Below are positions 10,879 through 22,373 of a stretch of DNA of 64,000 bases, piece after piece; positions within the stretch are counted from its first letter, which is position 1, and each line of letters begins with the position of its first letter. The notes under the pieces are model-generated. The model saw nothing but the letters and a program-made list of their open reading frames with translations, did no database searches and was not told the origin of the DNA. Source of the DNA: an uncultured Bacteroidota bacterium (GTDB lineage: Bacteria > Bacteroidota > Bacteroidia > JABEUT01); the NCBI GenBank assembly GCA_903916255.1, contig CAIWVW010000004.1, positions 3,895 to 67,894 on the forward strand. The letters run 5' to 3'. Both the position numbers and the translations under genes were made by a program.

Positions 10879-11421
10879 ATGCAGGTTACAAAAACCTTTA
10901 TCGAAGGTCTGTTAGTGATACAACCCACCGTTTTCAATGATGCAAGAGGCTATTTTTATGAACCCTACAATAAAAAAGCATTTGCAGAAATTGGAGTGGG
11001 GGAAGAATTTGTTCAGGATAACCAATCCTTCTCGCAAAAAGGAGTGATACGCGGATTGCATTTTCAAAACCCTCCACACGCGCAGGCAAAGCTGCTGCGT
11101 GTTATACAGGGTTCTATATGGGATGTGGCGGTCGATATTCGCAAATCATCACCTACCTACGGCAAATATTTTGGCGTGGAATTAAGCGCCGCAAACAAAA
11201 CCATATTCTATGTTCCCAAAGGATTTGCTCACGGGTTTTTAACCTTGGAAGACGATACCATGTTGCTATATAAATGCTCCGACTTCTATAATAAGGCTTC
11301 GGAAGAATCCATCATATGGAACGACCCGGAAATAGCCATACCCTGGAATATCAGCGACCCTGTACTTTCGGAAAAAGACCAAAACGGGAAAAAATTGATG
11401 AACTTTGCAAGCCAGTTTTAA
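10879..11421 (+). CDS. rfbC: dTDP-4-dehydrorhamnose 3,5-epimerase
   Basis: DARGYFYE, FVQDNQSFSQKGVIRGLHFQ, PKGFAHGF. Confidence 0.97.
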   Translation: MQVTKTFIEGLLVIQPTVFNDARGYFYEPYNKKAFAEIGVGEEFVQDNQSFSQKGVIRGLHFQNPPHAQAKLLRVIQGSIWDVAVDIRKSSPTYGKYFGVELSAANKTIFYVPKGFAHGFLTLEDDTMLLYKCSDFYNKASEESIIWNDPEIAIPWNISDPVLSEKDQNGKKLMNFASQF

Positions 11422-11439
11422 TTAGTATATTAAGATAAA

Positions 11440-12513
11440 ATGTCCAACCTGCCTTTATTTTACTTTACTTATTTCACGTTGGTATTTGTGCTTTCCATAC
11501 TGATGAACGGATTGTTTTTGCGTTTTTCAAAAACAATGGGGGTGCGCAAAAGCGAAGATACCATTCGCTGGAGTGATGTGCAGAAGCCTGCGCTGGGCGG
11601 TATTACTTTTTATATCACTTTCCTTTTGTCGCTTATTACGTATTCGCTTTTTTTCGGCTCCTCACAATTTCTTATGCATGCCGAAATTTTAGGATTGCTT
11701 GCTGCATGTACAATAGCTTTCCTTATGGGGCTTGCTGATGATGCGTATAATACAAACCCCATTCTCAAATTTTCGACCCAGGTTTTCTGCGGGTTCATTT
11801 TAATTTATTCGGGCATTTACATACAAGTGTTTTCCAATATCTATCTCAATTACATTGTAACCATGCTATGGGTGGTCGGCCTGATGAATGCCATAAACCT
11901 GCTCGATAATATGGATGCCATTGCATCTATTGTGGTGCTGGGCGCCCTTTCCACTATGATTTCTTTAATACTGATTGAAAAATCGCTTACAACTATATTT
12001 TTCATTCTTATGCTTGGCACTTCCTCCAGCATTTTGGCATTCCTGTTTTTCAACTGGCACCCCTCCAAAATGTTTATGGGCGATACCGGCACCCAATTTC
12101 TTGGTTTATTTATGGCTGCGTTGAGTATTTATTTCCTTTGGAACGGAACATCATCTAAAATCGAATTGCCTGCCGAAAAGCGCATCATTTCCGCCATACT
12201 TACTTTTGCACTTCCCATTATCGACACTACAGTTGTTTTCTTCAACCGAATATTAAAAGGGAATTCACCATTCAGGGGTGGAAAAGACCACACCACGCAT
12301 CATTTGTTTTATCTCGGATTGAAAGAGGCTCAAATCGCCATCCTTTATATTATTTATACAGGCATTTGCCTGGCATGTGTGGTTATTATGAATAAATATT
12401 TACTGGAGTGGTCCACGCTGTATTCCATTATCATGATTTTGTTTTTTGTTTTATCGCTGGTGGCGTTTTTTATAATTACCAGGATGAAAAAGCCGGGACA
12501 AACCAACGTTTAA
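11440..12513 (+). CDS. Undecaprenyl-phosphate GlcNAc-1-phosphate transferase (WecA/MraY family)
   Basis: GLADD, NAINLLDNMD, FNWHPSKMFMGDTG, DHTTHH; polytopic membrane protein. Confidence 0.9.
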   Translation: MSNLPLFYFTYFTLVFVLSILMNGLFLRFSKTMGVRKSEDTIRWSDVQKPALGGITFYITFLLSLITYSLFFGSSQFLMHAEILGLLAACTIAFLMGLADDAYNTNPILKFSTQVFCGFILIYSGIYIQVFSNIYLNYIVTMLWVVGLMNAINLLDNMDAIASIVVLGALSTMISLILIEKSLTTIFFILMLGTSSSILAFLFFNWHPSKMFMGDTGTQFLGLFMAALSIYFLWNGTSSKIELPAEKRIISAILTFALPIIDTTVVFFNRILKGNSPFRGGKDHTTHHLFYLGLKEAQIAILYIIYTGICLACVVIMNKYLLEWSTLYSIIMILFFVLSLVAFFIITRMKKPGQTNV

Positions 12514-12528
12514 TTTAGGCAACGCCAA

Positions 12529-13704
12529 ATGTTAAGAAGAATTAAAAATATTTTACCCGGGGTTATTCTGTTTGTCTTGCTCGCATTGATGCTCGAGTTT
12601 CTTAACTTTTCGACCAGCAGCATGAATGAGGGTACAAATTTTAACCAGAATTATAAAGTGCTGGAAGTACCGTTGCCCGATTCGATGAGTTTTTGCGGGG
12701 AGTCTGTTCCAATGAAGCATTTCGGCGTGCGTGAAAATCTTGAACAGGAAATGCTTGTGAATACGTATTGGCAATCGCAAACACTTTTATGTTTAAAGCG
12801 CGCCAACCGTTATTTTCCGGAGATTGAAAAAATCCTGAAAAAGAATGGCGTTCCGGATGATTTTAAATACCTGGCTATGGCCGAGAGCGGCTTTAGCTAT
12901 AAGACTTCCGGAGCAGGAGCGGCAGGATTTTGGCAAATATTGAAAACTACCGGCGAAGCGAACGGATTGGAAATAAATAAAGACGTGGACGAACGGTATA
13001 ATCTGGAAAAAAGCACAGAAGCGGCATGTCGATATTTTAAGGAAGCATACAAGCATTTTCACAACTGGACATTGGTGGCCGCATCATACAATATGGGAAT
13101 GGGCGGCGTGGCAAAATCGATGGAATTTCAGCAACAGGATAATTACTACGATTTGGGCCTGAATAATGAAACCGCGAGGTATGTGTACCGTATTCTTGCA
13201 TTAAAGGAAATACAATCGAATCCGGAGAAATTCGGTTTCTTTCTCAAGCATTCCGAATTATATCCGCCTATTCCGATTATTCAGATGGATATGGATTCTT
13301 CCATAGATAACCTGGCCGAATATGCGCTCAGCCTCCATGTTAATTACCATATCCTGAAAATGCTGAACCCTTGGCTGGTATCTTCCAAACTACCCAATCC
13401 GCATAATGAGATTTACACTATTTCGTTGCCTAAGCGCGATGCAGTGTTTGTAGATTTGGGAGAAAATATAGATTATAATGATACCGTAAGGCCTAATCAA
13501 TGCTTGATTGATACTTCATCGAAAGTGCAAAGTTTTTGCGGTTCAAAAATTATCATTCATTTTGTTAAAGGGCATGAAACCATAGAAGAAATTGCTAAAA
13601 AATATGACGTAACGCCTGCACAGTTACGTTCGTGGAATTCTCTTAGCGATAGCGCATCTATAAAAACGGATGATGAAATAATACTATTTAAAGATAATAA
13701 GTAA
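12529..13704 (+). CDS. Lytic murein transglycosylase (SLT domain, MltD-like) with C-terminal LysM
   Basis: LAMAESG, AAGFWQ, ASYNMG, ETARYV; LysM ETIEEIAKKYDVTPAQLRSWN. Confidence 0.92.
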   Translation: MLRRIKNILPGVILFVLLALMLEFLNFSTSSMNEGTNFNQNYKVLEVPLPDSMSFCGESVPMKHFGVRENLEQEMLVNTYWQSQTLLCLKRANRYFPEIEKILKKNGVPDDFKYLAMAESGFSYKTSGAGAAGFWQILKTTGEANGLEINKDVDERYNLEKSTEAACRYFKEAYKHFHNWTLVAASYNMGMGGVAKSMEFQQQDNYYDLGLNNETARYVYRILALKEIQSNPEKFGFFLKHSELYPPIPIIQMDMDSSIDNLAEYALSLHVNYHILKMLNPWLVSSKLPNPHNEIYTISLPKRDAVFVDLGENIDYNDTVRPNQCLIDTSSKVQSFCGSKIIIHFVKGHETIEEIAKKYDVTPAQLRSWNSLSDSASIKTDDEIILFKDNK

Positions 13705-13727
13705 TAGTATCGGTAAATTATACTTTA

Positions 13728-15428
13728 ATGGAATACAATAGCGCAGGCAGAAGTTACAAACTGGAAATGTATGTGGCCGTCGCTATTGTTTTAGTAACGC
13801 TCGGCTATTATTTTTATCCGTTGGTATGCCTTGGCGAAAATGCAGTAGTTCGTGCCAATGATTGCCTCGATGGTGATTTCGTTTATAGAATAGTTCTTGC
13901 AAAAAGCCATACCATTTTTGCGCTCGACCCCATGACGCCTGTCAACAATATTATGAATGGCCTGCCTCGCGCCTGCCTGCCATCAGGCTTGAATATATTT
14001 CAATGGATTATTTTTTTCTTCCCGGATTTTTATGGATTCCTGATTAATTTTCTTATTATTCATATCATTGGTTTTGCAGGTATGTTTGTTTTTCTGCGCA
14101 ACCATGTGCTGAAGCAAAATGAGCAAAAACCGTTAGCATTATTGACAGCACTTGCGTTTTGTATTTTGCCTGTTTACTGCATCGCGGGTATTTCTGTGTT
14201 GGGTGTTCCACTGGTGGTTAATGCGCTGCTTTATATTCAGCGTGGCGAAGGAAAACTAAAACATTATCTGGCGCTACTTCTATATGCGTTTTATAGTTTC
14301 TACAGCATGTTCCCTATGATTATAGTGGGAGCCGTATTATTTTTCCTCTATAATTTAATTCAGCACAGAAAATGGAACTGGAAACTGTTTTGGGCTATAA
14401 GTTTCCTATGTATATGTGTTATTATTTCTGAATACCAGATACTATACACTTTTCTGTTTCACAAAATAATTCCGCACAGGCTGGTAGAGCATTTTGTAAC
14501 TTCGTTAAACTATAAAGGCGTTTTTGTGGCAACCCTTATTGTGCTTGGAAATGGCATTATCAGTTCAGCAAATTATCCGGTTTATTTAGTGGGAATATCT
14601 ATGGCCCTGATAATTATTTGCTATTTAATATATAAACCAAAAATTTTATTGCCGTTAAAATTATTCGTGCTTGCTTTCCTGGTAAGCTTTGTTGTAGCTG
14701 TTTGGGATTTGTACCAATTGCAATTCCTGTATGATAAATATCCATTTTTCAGTACGTTCAGTTTTAAGCGGGTCAATTTCTTTTTACCTTTTATTGTGTA
14801 TAGTTTGTTTGCAGCTTCATTGGCTTTGGCCGACCAGAAATTCAAGTGGCTCAAATACCTGATTGTTCCGGTTATCCTCTTTTCAACATTGAAAATGAAT
14901 TATTCATTCGACCATTCCGAAGGCTCCGATTCGGGCAAACTGAGCTATCACCAGTTTTTCTCGGAAAAGCTTTTTAAAGAAATCAATACCTATATCGGGA
15001 AACCGCAGGATAGTTACCGGGTATGTGATGTGGGGCTGTTGCCATCTGTTGCGCAATACAACGGCTTTTTTACGCTCGACAGTTATCAATACCTGATACC
15101 AATGCAATACCGCGAGCAGTTTATAAAAATAGTGCAGGGAGAATTGAATAAAAGCAAAGGCCTCACTACTTTTTTCAGCAGTCCGAGAGGCGGACCGAAT
15201 GTTTGTTTCACTTTTTCGGCGGAGGAGTATGATGCTAAAGTTCTTGGAAATAAAATAACGGAAATAAATAACCTCGATTTGAATTATGATGCATTGAAAG
15301 CTATGGGTTGCCGGTATATATTTTCCATTTACCCTGTTAAGAAGTTTACGTCCGATAAAATAGTTTTTCAAAAGGAGTTCATCAACAGCGAAGCCCCTTT
15401 TAATATATACCTTTATAAGGTTATTTAA
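13728..15428 (+). CDS. DUF6044/YkoS-like polytopic membrane protein (possible GT-C glycosyltransferase)
   Basis: NDCLD and MNGLPR near the N-terminus, many TM helices, soluble C-terminal domain with AQYNGFFTLDSY. Confidence 0.6.
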   Translation: MEYNSAGRSYKLEMYVAVAIVLVTLGYYFYPLVCLGENAVVRANDCLDGDFVYRIVLAKSHTIFALDPMTPVNNIMNGLPRACLPSGLNIFQWIIFFFPDFYGFLINFLIIHIIGFAGMFVFLRNHVLKQNEQKPLALLTALAFCILPVYCIAGISVLGVPLVVNALLYIQRGEGKLKHYLALLLYAFYSFYSMFPMIIVGAVLFFLYNLIQHRKWNWKLFWAISFLCICVIISEYQILYTFLFHKIIPHRLVEHFVTSLNYKGVFVATLIVLGNGIISSANYPVYLVGISMALIIICYLIYKPKILLPLKLFVLAFLVSFVVAVWDLYQLQFLYDKYPFFSTFSFKRVNFFLPFIVYSLFAASLALADQKFKWLKYLIVPVILFSTLKMNYSFDHSEGSDSGKLSYHQFFSEKLFKEINTYIGKPQDSYRVCDVGLLPSVAQYNGFFTLDSYQYLIPMQYREQFIKIVQGELNKSKGLTTFFSSPRGGPNVCFTFSAEEYDAKVLGNKITEINNLDLNYDALKAMGCRYIFSIYPVKKFTSDKIVFQKEFINSEAPFNIYLYKVI

Positions 15429-15451
15429 CAGGATTTGTTGTCAAATTAAGC

Positions 15452-15459
15452 TACCTTTG
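15452..15459 (+). promoter_or_regulatory. -7 promoter box for uvrA
   Basis: TACCTTTG ~30 bp upstream of the ATG. Confidence 0.55.
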
Positions 15460-15490
15460 CACACTTCAGAATCTGACCTGAAGCGATTTT

Positions 15491-18331
15491 ATGAAACCGA
15501 CCACCGAAGATATTATTGACGAAGAGTTTATCGAGATTGTTGGCGCACGCGAACACAACCTTAAAAACATCAATATTACTATTCCCCGAAACAAGCTGGT
15601 TGTAATTACCGGACTTAGCGGCAGCGGCAAATCTTCGCTCGCATTCGATACTATTTATGCCGAAGGGCAACGCCGCTATATTGAAACGTTATCTGCCTAT
15701 GCCCGCCAATTCTTGGGCAGTATGGAACGTCCCGATGTAGATAAAATTGAAGGCTTAAGCCCTGTTATTTCCATTGAACAAAAAACGGTCGGCCGTAACC
15801 CGCGCTCCACAGTTGGAACAATTACCGAGATATATGATTTCCTGCGGTTATTATTTGCAAGAATTGGAGTTGCATATTCGTATGTAACAGGGGAACAAAT
15901 GATACGGTTTTCCGAGCAACAAATTATTGACTTGCTTGCCAAAAAATATGATGGAAAGAAAATTCAATTACTTGCTCCGGTTGTAAAGGGCCGCAAAGGG
16001 CATTACCGTGAATTATTTGAACAGTTGCGCAAGAGCGGCTACACCAAAGTGCGTATTGACGGCGAATTGAAAGAGCTTCGTTCAGGTATGCACGCTGACA
16101 GATACTCTATTCACGATATAGAAGTTTTAATTGACCGCATCGATGTTTCTGATGCTTCTGTATCGCGCATAAGCGAATCGGTAGGATTAGCGATGAAACA
16201 AGGAAAGGGTGTAATTATGGTGCTGGATGAGGAGAAAAAAATTTCGCATTACAGCCGTTTTCTTATGTGCCCAACTTCCGGAATATCGTATGATGAACCT
16301 GCCCCGAATTTATTTTCATTTAACTCGCCTTATGGCGCTTGCCCCAATTGCAGTGGATTAGGCGAGGTATTGCAAATCGATGAAAAGAAAATTATTCCCA
16401 ATACGCATTTGTCTATAAACGATGGAGCCATTGCTCCTGTTGGAAAGCGTAAGGACAATTGGATATTTCACCAGTTGGAGGGGATAGCCGATAAACATGG
16501 TTTTACGTTGGATACCCCGATAAACAAAATTCCGGAAGGCGGCATACACGCTATTTTATATGGTACCGATGAAGTGCTGAAAGTACGTGAAAATTTTCAG
16601 AGCAATGCCCATACATACTCCATGAGTTTTGAAGGCATCATCAATTTCATTGACCGCCAAAGGCGCGATACCGATAATCCTGCATTATCAGACTGGGCTG
16701 CTGAGTTTATGAATAAGGCTGTCTGTCCCGAATGCAAAGGAGCCAGATTGAAAAAGGAATCACTCTATTTTAAAGTAGATGATAAAAATATAGCGGAACT
16801 TTCTAATGTCGATACACGCGTTTTATATGATTGGATTGTGAACTTCGAAGCGAAACTGGAAGGCAAGACCAAACTCATTGCAAAAGAAATAATGAAGGAA
16901 CTGCGCAGCCGTACTAAATTTTTATTGGATGTAGGCATTGACTATCTTACATTAAACCGCAGTGCACGCACCTTATCGGGTGGAGAGGCACAGCGGATAA
17001 GACTTGCTACGCAAATTGGTTCAGGCCTGGTGGGTGTGTTATATATATTGGATGAACCTAGCATTGGACTTCACCAGCGCGATAATCATAAATTAATTGA
17101 TGCGCTGAAAAATTTACGCGATAGTGGCAATTCTGTAATTGTGGTGGAACATGATAAAGACATGATGCTGGCTTCCGATTGGATTATTGATATAGGCCCG
17201 GGAACAGGCATGCATGGCGGGTATGTGGTAGCTCAAGGCACACCGAAAGATTTCCTGAAGCAACCTACAATGACAGCCGACTATCTTTCGGACAAGAAAA
17301 AAATAGAAATTCCTAAAACCCGCCGCAAAGGAAGCGGAAAGGAAATAGTGCTGAAAGGAGCAAAAGGGCATAACCTGAAAAATGTAACTGCAACTTTCCC
17401 GTTAGGAAAATTAATTTGTGTAACGGGGGTTTCCGGAAGCGGGAAATCATCGTTGATAAATGAGACATTATACCCGATTATTAATAAAGTTATTTATCGT
17501 TCTGAGGCTAACCCGTTGCCTTATGCATCTATACATGGGGTGAATTATATCGATAAAATTATTGAAATTGACCAAAGCCCGATAGGACGTACACCCCGTT
17601 CCAATCCTGCAACATATGTTAATTTGTTTGCCGATATACGGAACCTTTTTGCATCCCTTCCCGAAGCAAAAATAAGGGGGTATATGCCCGGACGTTTTTC
17701 ATTTAATGTGAAAGGCGGACGTTGTGAAACATGCCAGGGCGCAGGCTTGCGCAAAATTGAAATGAACTTTCTTCCCGATGTGTATGTTGTGTGCGATACC
17801 TGCGGAGGCAAGCGTTATAACCGAGAAACACTGGAAGTGCGCTTTAAAGGCAAATCAATAAATGATGTATTGAACCTGACCGTTGAACAAGCAGTAGATT
17901 TCTTTTCAGAAATACCACATATTTCCCAAAAAATAACCACGCTTAATCAAATAGGATTGGGATATATAACACTTGGCCAATCTTCTACAACCCTTTCGGG
18001 TGGAGAAGCACAGCGTGTTAAACTCGCGACCGAACTTTCTAAAAAGGGCACCGGCAATACACTTTATATTTTAGATGAACCTACCACAGGGCTGCATTTT
18101 GAAGATATACGCATATTGCTGGATGTACTTAATAAACTGGTGGACCATGGCAATACGGTAATTGTTATAGAACATAATACTGATGTTATGAAAGTAGCTG
18201 ACCATATCATTGATTTAGGTCCTGAAGGCGGAACACGGGGTGGGGAAATTATAGCCGAAGGCACTCCTGAAAAGGTAAGCAAGAACAAAAAGAGCCTCAC
18301 TTCCGTATACTTGGAAAAGGAGCTTCAATAA
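15491..18331 (+). CDS. uvrA: Excinuclease ABC subunit A
   Basis: GAREHNLKN, two ABC cassettes ([26 protein letters not shown]), Zn-finger CxxC pairs. Confidence 0.99.
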   Translation: MKPTTEDIIDEEFIEIVGAREHNLKNINITIPRNKLVVITGLSGSGKSSLAFDTIYAEGQRRYIETLSAYARQFLGSMERPDVDKIEGLSPVISIEQKTVGRNPRSTVGTITEIYDFLRLLFARIGVAYSYVTGEQMIRFSEQQIIDLLAKKYDGKKIQLLAPVVKGRKGHYRELFEQLRKSGYTKVRIDGELKELRSGMHADRYSIHDIEVLIDRIDVSDASVSRISESVGLAMKQGKGVIMVLDEEKKISHYSRFLMCPTSGISYDEPAPNLFSFNSPYGACPNCSGLGEVLQIDEKKIIPNTHLSINDGAIAPVGKRKDNWIFHQLEGIADKHGFTLDTPINKIPEGGIHAILYGTDEVLKVRENFQSNAHTYSMSFEGIINFIDRQRRDTDNPALSDWAAEFMNKAVCPECKGARLKKESLYFKVDDKNIAELSNVDTRVLYDWIVNFEAKLEGKTKLIAKEIMKELRSRTKFLLDVGIDYLTLNRSARTLSGGEAQRIRLATQIGSGLVGVLYILDEPSIGLHQRDNHKLIDALKNLRDSGNSVIVVEHDKDMMLASDWIIDIGPGTGMHGGYVVAQGTPKDFLKQPTMTADYLSDKKKIEIPKTRRKGSGKEIVLKGAKGHNLKNVTATFPLGKLICVTGVSGSGKSSLINETLYPIINKVIYRSEANPLPYASIHGVNYIDKIIEIDQSPIGRTPRSNPATYVNLFADIRNLFASLPEAKIRGYMPGRFSFNVKGGRCETCQGAGLRKIEMNFLPDVYVVCDTCGGKRYNRETLEVRFKGKSINDVLNLTVEQAVDFFSEIPHISQKITTLNQIGLGYITLGQSSTTLSGGEAQRVKLATELSKKGTGNTLYILDEPTTGLHFEDIRILLDVLNKLVDHGNTVIVIEHNTDVMKVADHIIDLGPEGGTRGGEIIAEGTPEKVSKNKKSLTSVYLEKELQ

Positions 18332-18340
18332 TAAGTGAAT

Positions 18341-19090
18341 ATGGCAAGAAAGAAAAAGCTTAATGAAACAAAGGCGAAAAAGAAAATTTCCGTTGTAAAG
18401 ACAGATAGTGTACCAAAAGAGAAAAGCTGGAACGAAATAAAAGCTACCGATTCCTGGCAGATATTCCGAATTATGTCGGAGTTTGTGCAGGGGTTTGATA
18501 CTATGGCAAGGGTAGGCCCGTGTGTATCGATATTTGGTTCTGCACGCACAAAACCCGGTAATCAATATTACAAGCTGGCGACCGAAATAGCTTATAAGAT
18601 TACAAAAAACGGATATGGGGTAATTACCGGTGGCGGTCCGGGTATTATGGAAGCTGCCAATAAAGGTGCTCAGGCAGGCAGCGGGCGTTCAGTGGGATTA
18701 GCCATAACATTACCGATGGAGCAAGTAGAGAACCCATTTATTGACCTTGATAAACTGATAAAATTCGATTACTTTTTTGTGCGAAAAGTAATGTTTATGA
18801 AGTATGCACAAGGCTTTGTTGTATTGCCGGGCGGCTTTGGAACACTGGATGAACTTTTTGAAGCGATTACGCTTATACAGACAAATAAAGTGGAGCATTT
18901 TCCTATAATAATGGTTGGCAAAAAATACTGGAGCCCCTTATTAGACTGGATAAAAGAGACTATGATTAAAAGTGAAAAAAATGCGGATGATGCTGACCTT
19001 GCTATTTTTAGTATTGTAGATACATCAGATGAGGTGGTTGAAATAATAAATACCTTTTACAGCAAATACCTGCTCAGCCCGAATTTCTAA
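18341..19090 (+). CDS. LOG family (TIGR00730) nucleotide phosphoribohydrolase
   Basis: FGSART, TGGGPGIMEAANKG, PGGFGTLDE; alternative GTG start at 18335. Confidence 0.93.
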   Translation: MARKKKLNETKAKKKISVVKTDSVPKEKSWNEIKATDSWQIFRIMSEFVQGFDTMARVGPCVSIFGSARTKPGNQYYKLATEIAYKITKNGYGVITGGGPGIMEAANKGAQAGSGRSVGLAITLPMEQVENPFIDLDKLIKFDYFFVRKVMFMKYAQGFVVLPGGFGTLDELFEAITLIQTNKVEHFPIIMVGKKYWSPLLDWIKETMIKSEKNADDADLAIFSIVDTSDEVVEIINTFYSKYLLSPNF

Positions 19091-19093
19091 AAG

Positions 19094-19438
19094 CTATTGT
19101 TTTTTTGTGTCTGTGTTTACAGTATCCAGCAAATGGTTATGCTGGTCAACAAAGACATACACATCCTCATTCGCTTTTTTCATAAAATATTGTTCCCTTG
19201 CAAATTTCTCCAGATTTGCCGGGTTGGTTTGTAACTCTTTTAATTGCTCGGTGGCAGCTAATGTTTGCTTTTCGTAATATATTTTCTGCGCCTTCATCTG
19301 TTTCTCTTTTTGAGTAAGGTGGATGTCATAGATGAGGCTGGTTTGGTCGAAAAAGGCAATCCACACAACAAACAACAAGGTAGCTGCAACATATTTGTTG
19401 CGAAATATTTTGGCTAGTTTTTTAAGATGCTCTAACAC
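19094..19438 (-). CDS. ftsB: Septum formation initiator (FtsB/DivIC family)
   Basis: RNKY, single TM ending FFD, coiled coil, LEKFAREQYFMKKANEDVY. Confidence 0.85.
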   Translation of the reverse strand: MLEHLKKLAKIFRNKYVAATLLFVVWIAFFDQTSLIYDIHLTQKEKQMKAQKIYYEKQTLAATEQLKELQTNPANLEKFAREQYFMKKANEDVYVFVDQHNHLLDTVNTDTKKQ

Positions 19439-19492
19439 GGGTATGCTTGTAAAAATGCAAAGTTACACGCAAAACAGGAGTGGTTGAAAGGT

Positions 19493-20704
19493 TTACTTCA
19501 CTATCTTTTCAACACCCTCTTGTATAGCTTTTACTCCGGGAAGTTCCTTGCCTTCAATATATTCAAGCATTGCCCCTCCACCGGTTGACACATAACTTAC
19601 CTTATCTGCCAAATTATATTTATTAATGGCGGCAACTGAATCGCCTCCTCCTACCAACGAATATGCTCCTCTTGCGGTTGCTTTCACAATAGCATCGGCA
19701 ACCACCTTGGTTCCATGTTCAAAATTGCTCATTTCAAATACACCCATAGGCCCGTTCCAAAGTATAGCATTGGAAGATTCAATAACCTTTGTGAATTCAT
19801 TTTCTGTTTCGGGTCCGATATCCAGCCCCAGCCATCCGTCAGGAATTTCATTGATGGCGCATGTTTTCTTGTTGGCATCATTGCTGAATGCATCGGCAAT
19901 AACCGTATCGGTCGGGATATATAGTTTTACGCCTTTTTTCTTAGCCGCTTCAATCACACCTAACGCCGTTTCAATTCTATCGGCTTCCACCAGTGAACTG
20001 CCCACTTTTCCACCCTGCGCCTGTATAAAGGTATAGGACATCCCGCCACCTATAATGAGGTTATCTACTTTATCCATCAGGTTTTCAATAATGGCAATTT
20101 TACCCGATACCTTTGCTCCGCCCAATATTGCGGTAAAAGGTTTTTGAGCCTTTGTCATAAGGTTATCTATGCTCTCCAGTTCAGCAGACATGCAATAGCC
20201 AAACATTTTATCATTCGGGAAAAATTGTGCAATAATGGTGGTGGAAGCGTGGGCCCTGTGTGCTGTTCCAAAGGCATCATTTACATAAACATCTCCGAGG
20301 GATGCCAATTCTTTTGCAAAACTTTCAGCGCCTTTGGTTTCTTCCATATGAAAACGGAGGTTTTCCAATAATATCGCTTCTCCGGGTTTAAGTGCTGCGC
20401 ATAATTCTTTAGTGGCCGCTCCAATACAATCTTTGGAAAATTTCACATCCGCCCCCAATAATTTGCTGAGGGGAGCCACGATATGCCTTAATGAAAACTT
20501 GTCCTCCGGAAGGTTTTTGGGCCTGCCTAAATGCGACATGATTATTACGGAACCTCCTCCATTCAAAATCTTTTTCAGGGTAGGGATGGCAGCCCTTATG
20601 CGGGTATCATCGGTTACGTTGAAGTGTTCGTCGAGCGGTACATTAAAATCTACACGTACAAGCGCCTTTTTGTTTTTGAAATCGTAGGAGTCTATTGTTT
20701 TCAT
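19493..20704 (-). CDS. pgk: Phosphoglycerate kinase
   Basis: [48 protein letters not shown]. Confidence 0.99.
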   Translation of the reverse strand: MKTIDSYDFKNKKALVRVDFNVPLDEHFNVTDDTRIRAAIPTLKKILNGGGSVIIMSHLGRPKNLPEDKFSLRHIVAPLSKLLGADVKFSKDCIGAATKELCAALKPGEAILLENLRFHMEETKGAESFAKELASLGDVYVNDAFGTAHRAHASTTIIAQFFPNDKMFGYCMSAELESIDNLMTKAQKPFTAILGGAKVSGKIAIIENLMDKVDNLIIGGGMSYTFIQAQGGKVGSSLVEADRIETALGVIEAAKKKGVKLYIPTDTVIADAFSNDANKKTCAINEIPDGWLGLDIGPETENEFTKVIESSNAILWNGPMGVFEMSNFEHGTKVVADAIVKATARGAYSLVGGGDSVAAINKYNLADKVSYVSTGGGAMLEYIEGKELPGVKAIQEGVEKIVK

Positions 20705-20774
20705 AATGCAGGGTTAAATAGTAAGAGGACACAAAATTAATGTATAATTAACACAGCCTAATGACTTCCGTCAT

Positions 20775-21158
20775 CTAAGTTTTCTTAGCCTTCATCACCA
20801 CGCATTTAAACCGCACAACGGTTGGTGAATTTTTGGCATTTGACAGCACAGTTACCGTTCTGTTCTGGATATCTATGGTGCTGACAGTATGAAAGGTTAC
20901 TTTTAATATTCCTTGTTTGCCGGGTAATATCGGGTCAGTGGGTTTCTCGACTACTGTGCAACCGCATTCCACTTTTGTATCGCTGATTATTAATGGCTGG
21001 TTGCCTGTATTGGTAAATTTATATTGAAAATTAAGGGTATCGCCTTGTCTTACAAAGCCCAGATGCTGTGTGGTTTTATCGAAAGATATAACCGATTGGG
21101 CCATTAGGGGAAACCGGGCGGCAATGAATAAAACGGAAAGGATTAAAAGGCGTTTCAT
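20775..21158 (-). CDS. DUF1573 domain protein
   Basis: Signal peptide; FTNTGNQPLII..ECGCT..PILPG. Confidence 0.88.
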   Translation of the reverse strand: MKRLLILSVLFIAARFPLMAQSVISFDKTTQHLGFVRQGDTLNFQYKFTNTGNQPLIISDTKVECGCTVVEKPTDPILPGKQGILKVTFHTVSTIDIQNRTVTVLSNAKNSPTVVRFKCVVMKAKKT

Positions 21159-21199
21159 GGTTATTCAATAGTTCAAATATAAAGAACAATACCTAAATA

Positions 21200-21236
21200 A
21201 AAAAGTCCTTCCGACAAATTGCAGGAAGGACTTTTT
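21200..21236. terminator. Rho-independent terminator
   Basis: AAAAAGTCCTTCC-(11 nt)-GGAAGGACTTTTT just downstream of the 21254 gene. Confidence 0.85.
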
Positions 21237-21253
21237 ATGAAATTTGGAAAAGC

Positions 21254-21733
21254 TTAGTGCCCTCCTGTGTTAGGTACAGCTTGTACCGGGGTAGCAGGGG
21301 TAGGGGTAGCAGGTTTGTTTGCATTATCATCAGGCAATACATTACCTTTAATGGTAAGCACTTTGGTAGGTGGATTTGTATTGGATGTAAGGGTTACGTT
21401 CTTAATAAACATACCAACTCTGTCCGTAGCATAGTGAACTTTAATTTCAGCTGACTGGCCCGGTTGAATCGGTTCTTTAGGTGCAGTAGGAACTGTACAT
21501 CCGCATGAACCGTGAGCATCCTTGATAATTAATGGTTCTTTACCAACATTGGTGAATTTGAATGCGCGGTATCCGTCTGCATTGTGCGGAATGGTACCAT
21601 AGTCAATGGTATCGTGTTCGAATTTCATTGCAGCGGCATTCGGATTGTCGGCAGCAGGTGCATCTTGTGCAAACATGTTGCCTGCAAAAAGAAGTCCTGC
21701 AAAAAGCGTAATGGAAAATAGAATTTTTTTCAT
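21254..21733 (-). CDS. DUF1573 domain protein
   Basis: Signal peptide; FTNVGKEPLII..GSCGCTVP..PIQPG; Pro-rich tail. Confidence 0.9.
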   Translation of the reverse strand: MKKILFSITLFAGLLFAGNMFAQDAPAADNPNAAAMKFEHDTIDYGTIPHNADGYRAFKFTNVGKEPLIIKDAHGSCGCTVPTAPKEPIQPGQSAEIKVHYATDRVGMFIKNVTLTSNTNPPTKVLTIKGNVLPDDNANKPATPTPATPVQAVPNTGGH

Positions 21734-21763
21734 GATTGATTTTGAATGTTTGTTGATATTTGA

Positions 21764-22249
21764 TTATTGATTATCCCAGTTATTGGAGAACGGTGCGCCA
21801 CTGTTATTATTGCCCGGGTCGGTAGGAAAAGCAGGTACAGGCGGCTTTGGGTTTACCTTTCCTTTTATAGACAATACAACAGGCGACTCTTTTGCATTGG
21901 AGGTTATGGTGACTGTTTTTTGAAAAACACCGGTATGGTTGTGTGTATCATAGGTTACCTTTATAGTATCCTGCTGGCCGGGAGCCACAGGGTCGTGGGG
22001 CCACTTAGGAACGGTGCATCCGCAGGAACCATGCGCTTCTTTAATAACCAAAGGCTCTTTACCTGTATTGGTGAACAAAAACATATAGGTGCCATTGCCA
22101 TCTTGTTCTATTGTTCCAAAGTCATGGTCCTTGGTATTAAAGGACATTTCAGCGGCATTGGCATCAGTAGAAGCCGTTGCAGGAGCCTGAGCATATGATA
22201 AGGCACAGGTTGCCAGAAAAAAACTTGAAATAAGTATCTTTTTGTACAT
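21764..22249 (-). CDS. DUF1573 domain protein
   Basis: Signal peptide; FTNTGKEPLVI..GSCGCTVP..PVAPG; TATATTTG -7 box at 22270-22277 (minus). Confidence 0.9.
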   Translation of the reverse strand: MYKKILISSFFLATCALSYAQAPATASTDANAAEMSFNTKDHDFGTIEQDGNGTYMFLFTNTGKEPLVIKEAHGSCGCTVPKWPHDPVAPGQQDTIKVTYDTHNHTGVFQKTVTITSNAKESPVVLSIKGKVNPKPPVPAFPTDPGNNNSGAPFSNNWDNQ

Positions 22250-22373
22250 AAGTTTAGCTTAGACAGATGCAAATATACATATATTTTGGGTCAGATTATG
22301 CGAATTCAACAATATTTAACAAGCCTAAGTGATGATTATAAGGCTGCTCATGCAATTTAATAAAAGGACTGCT

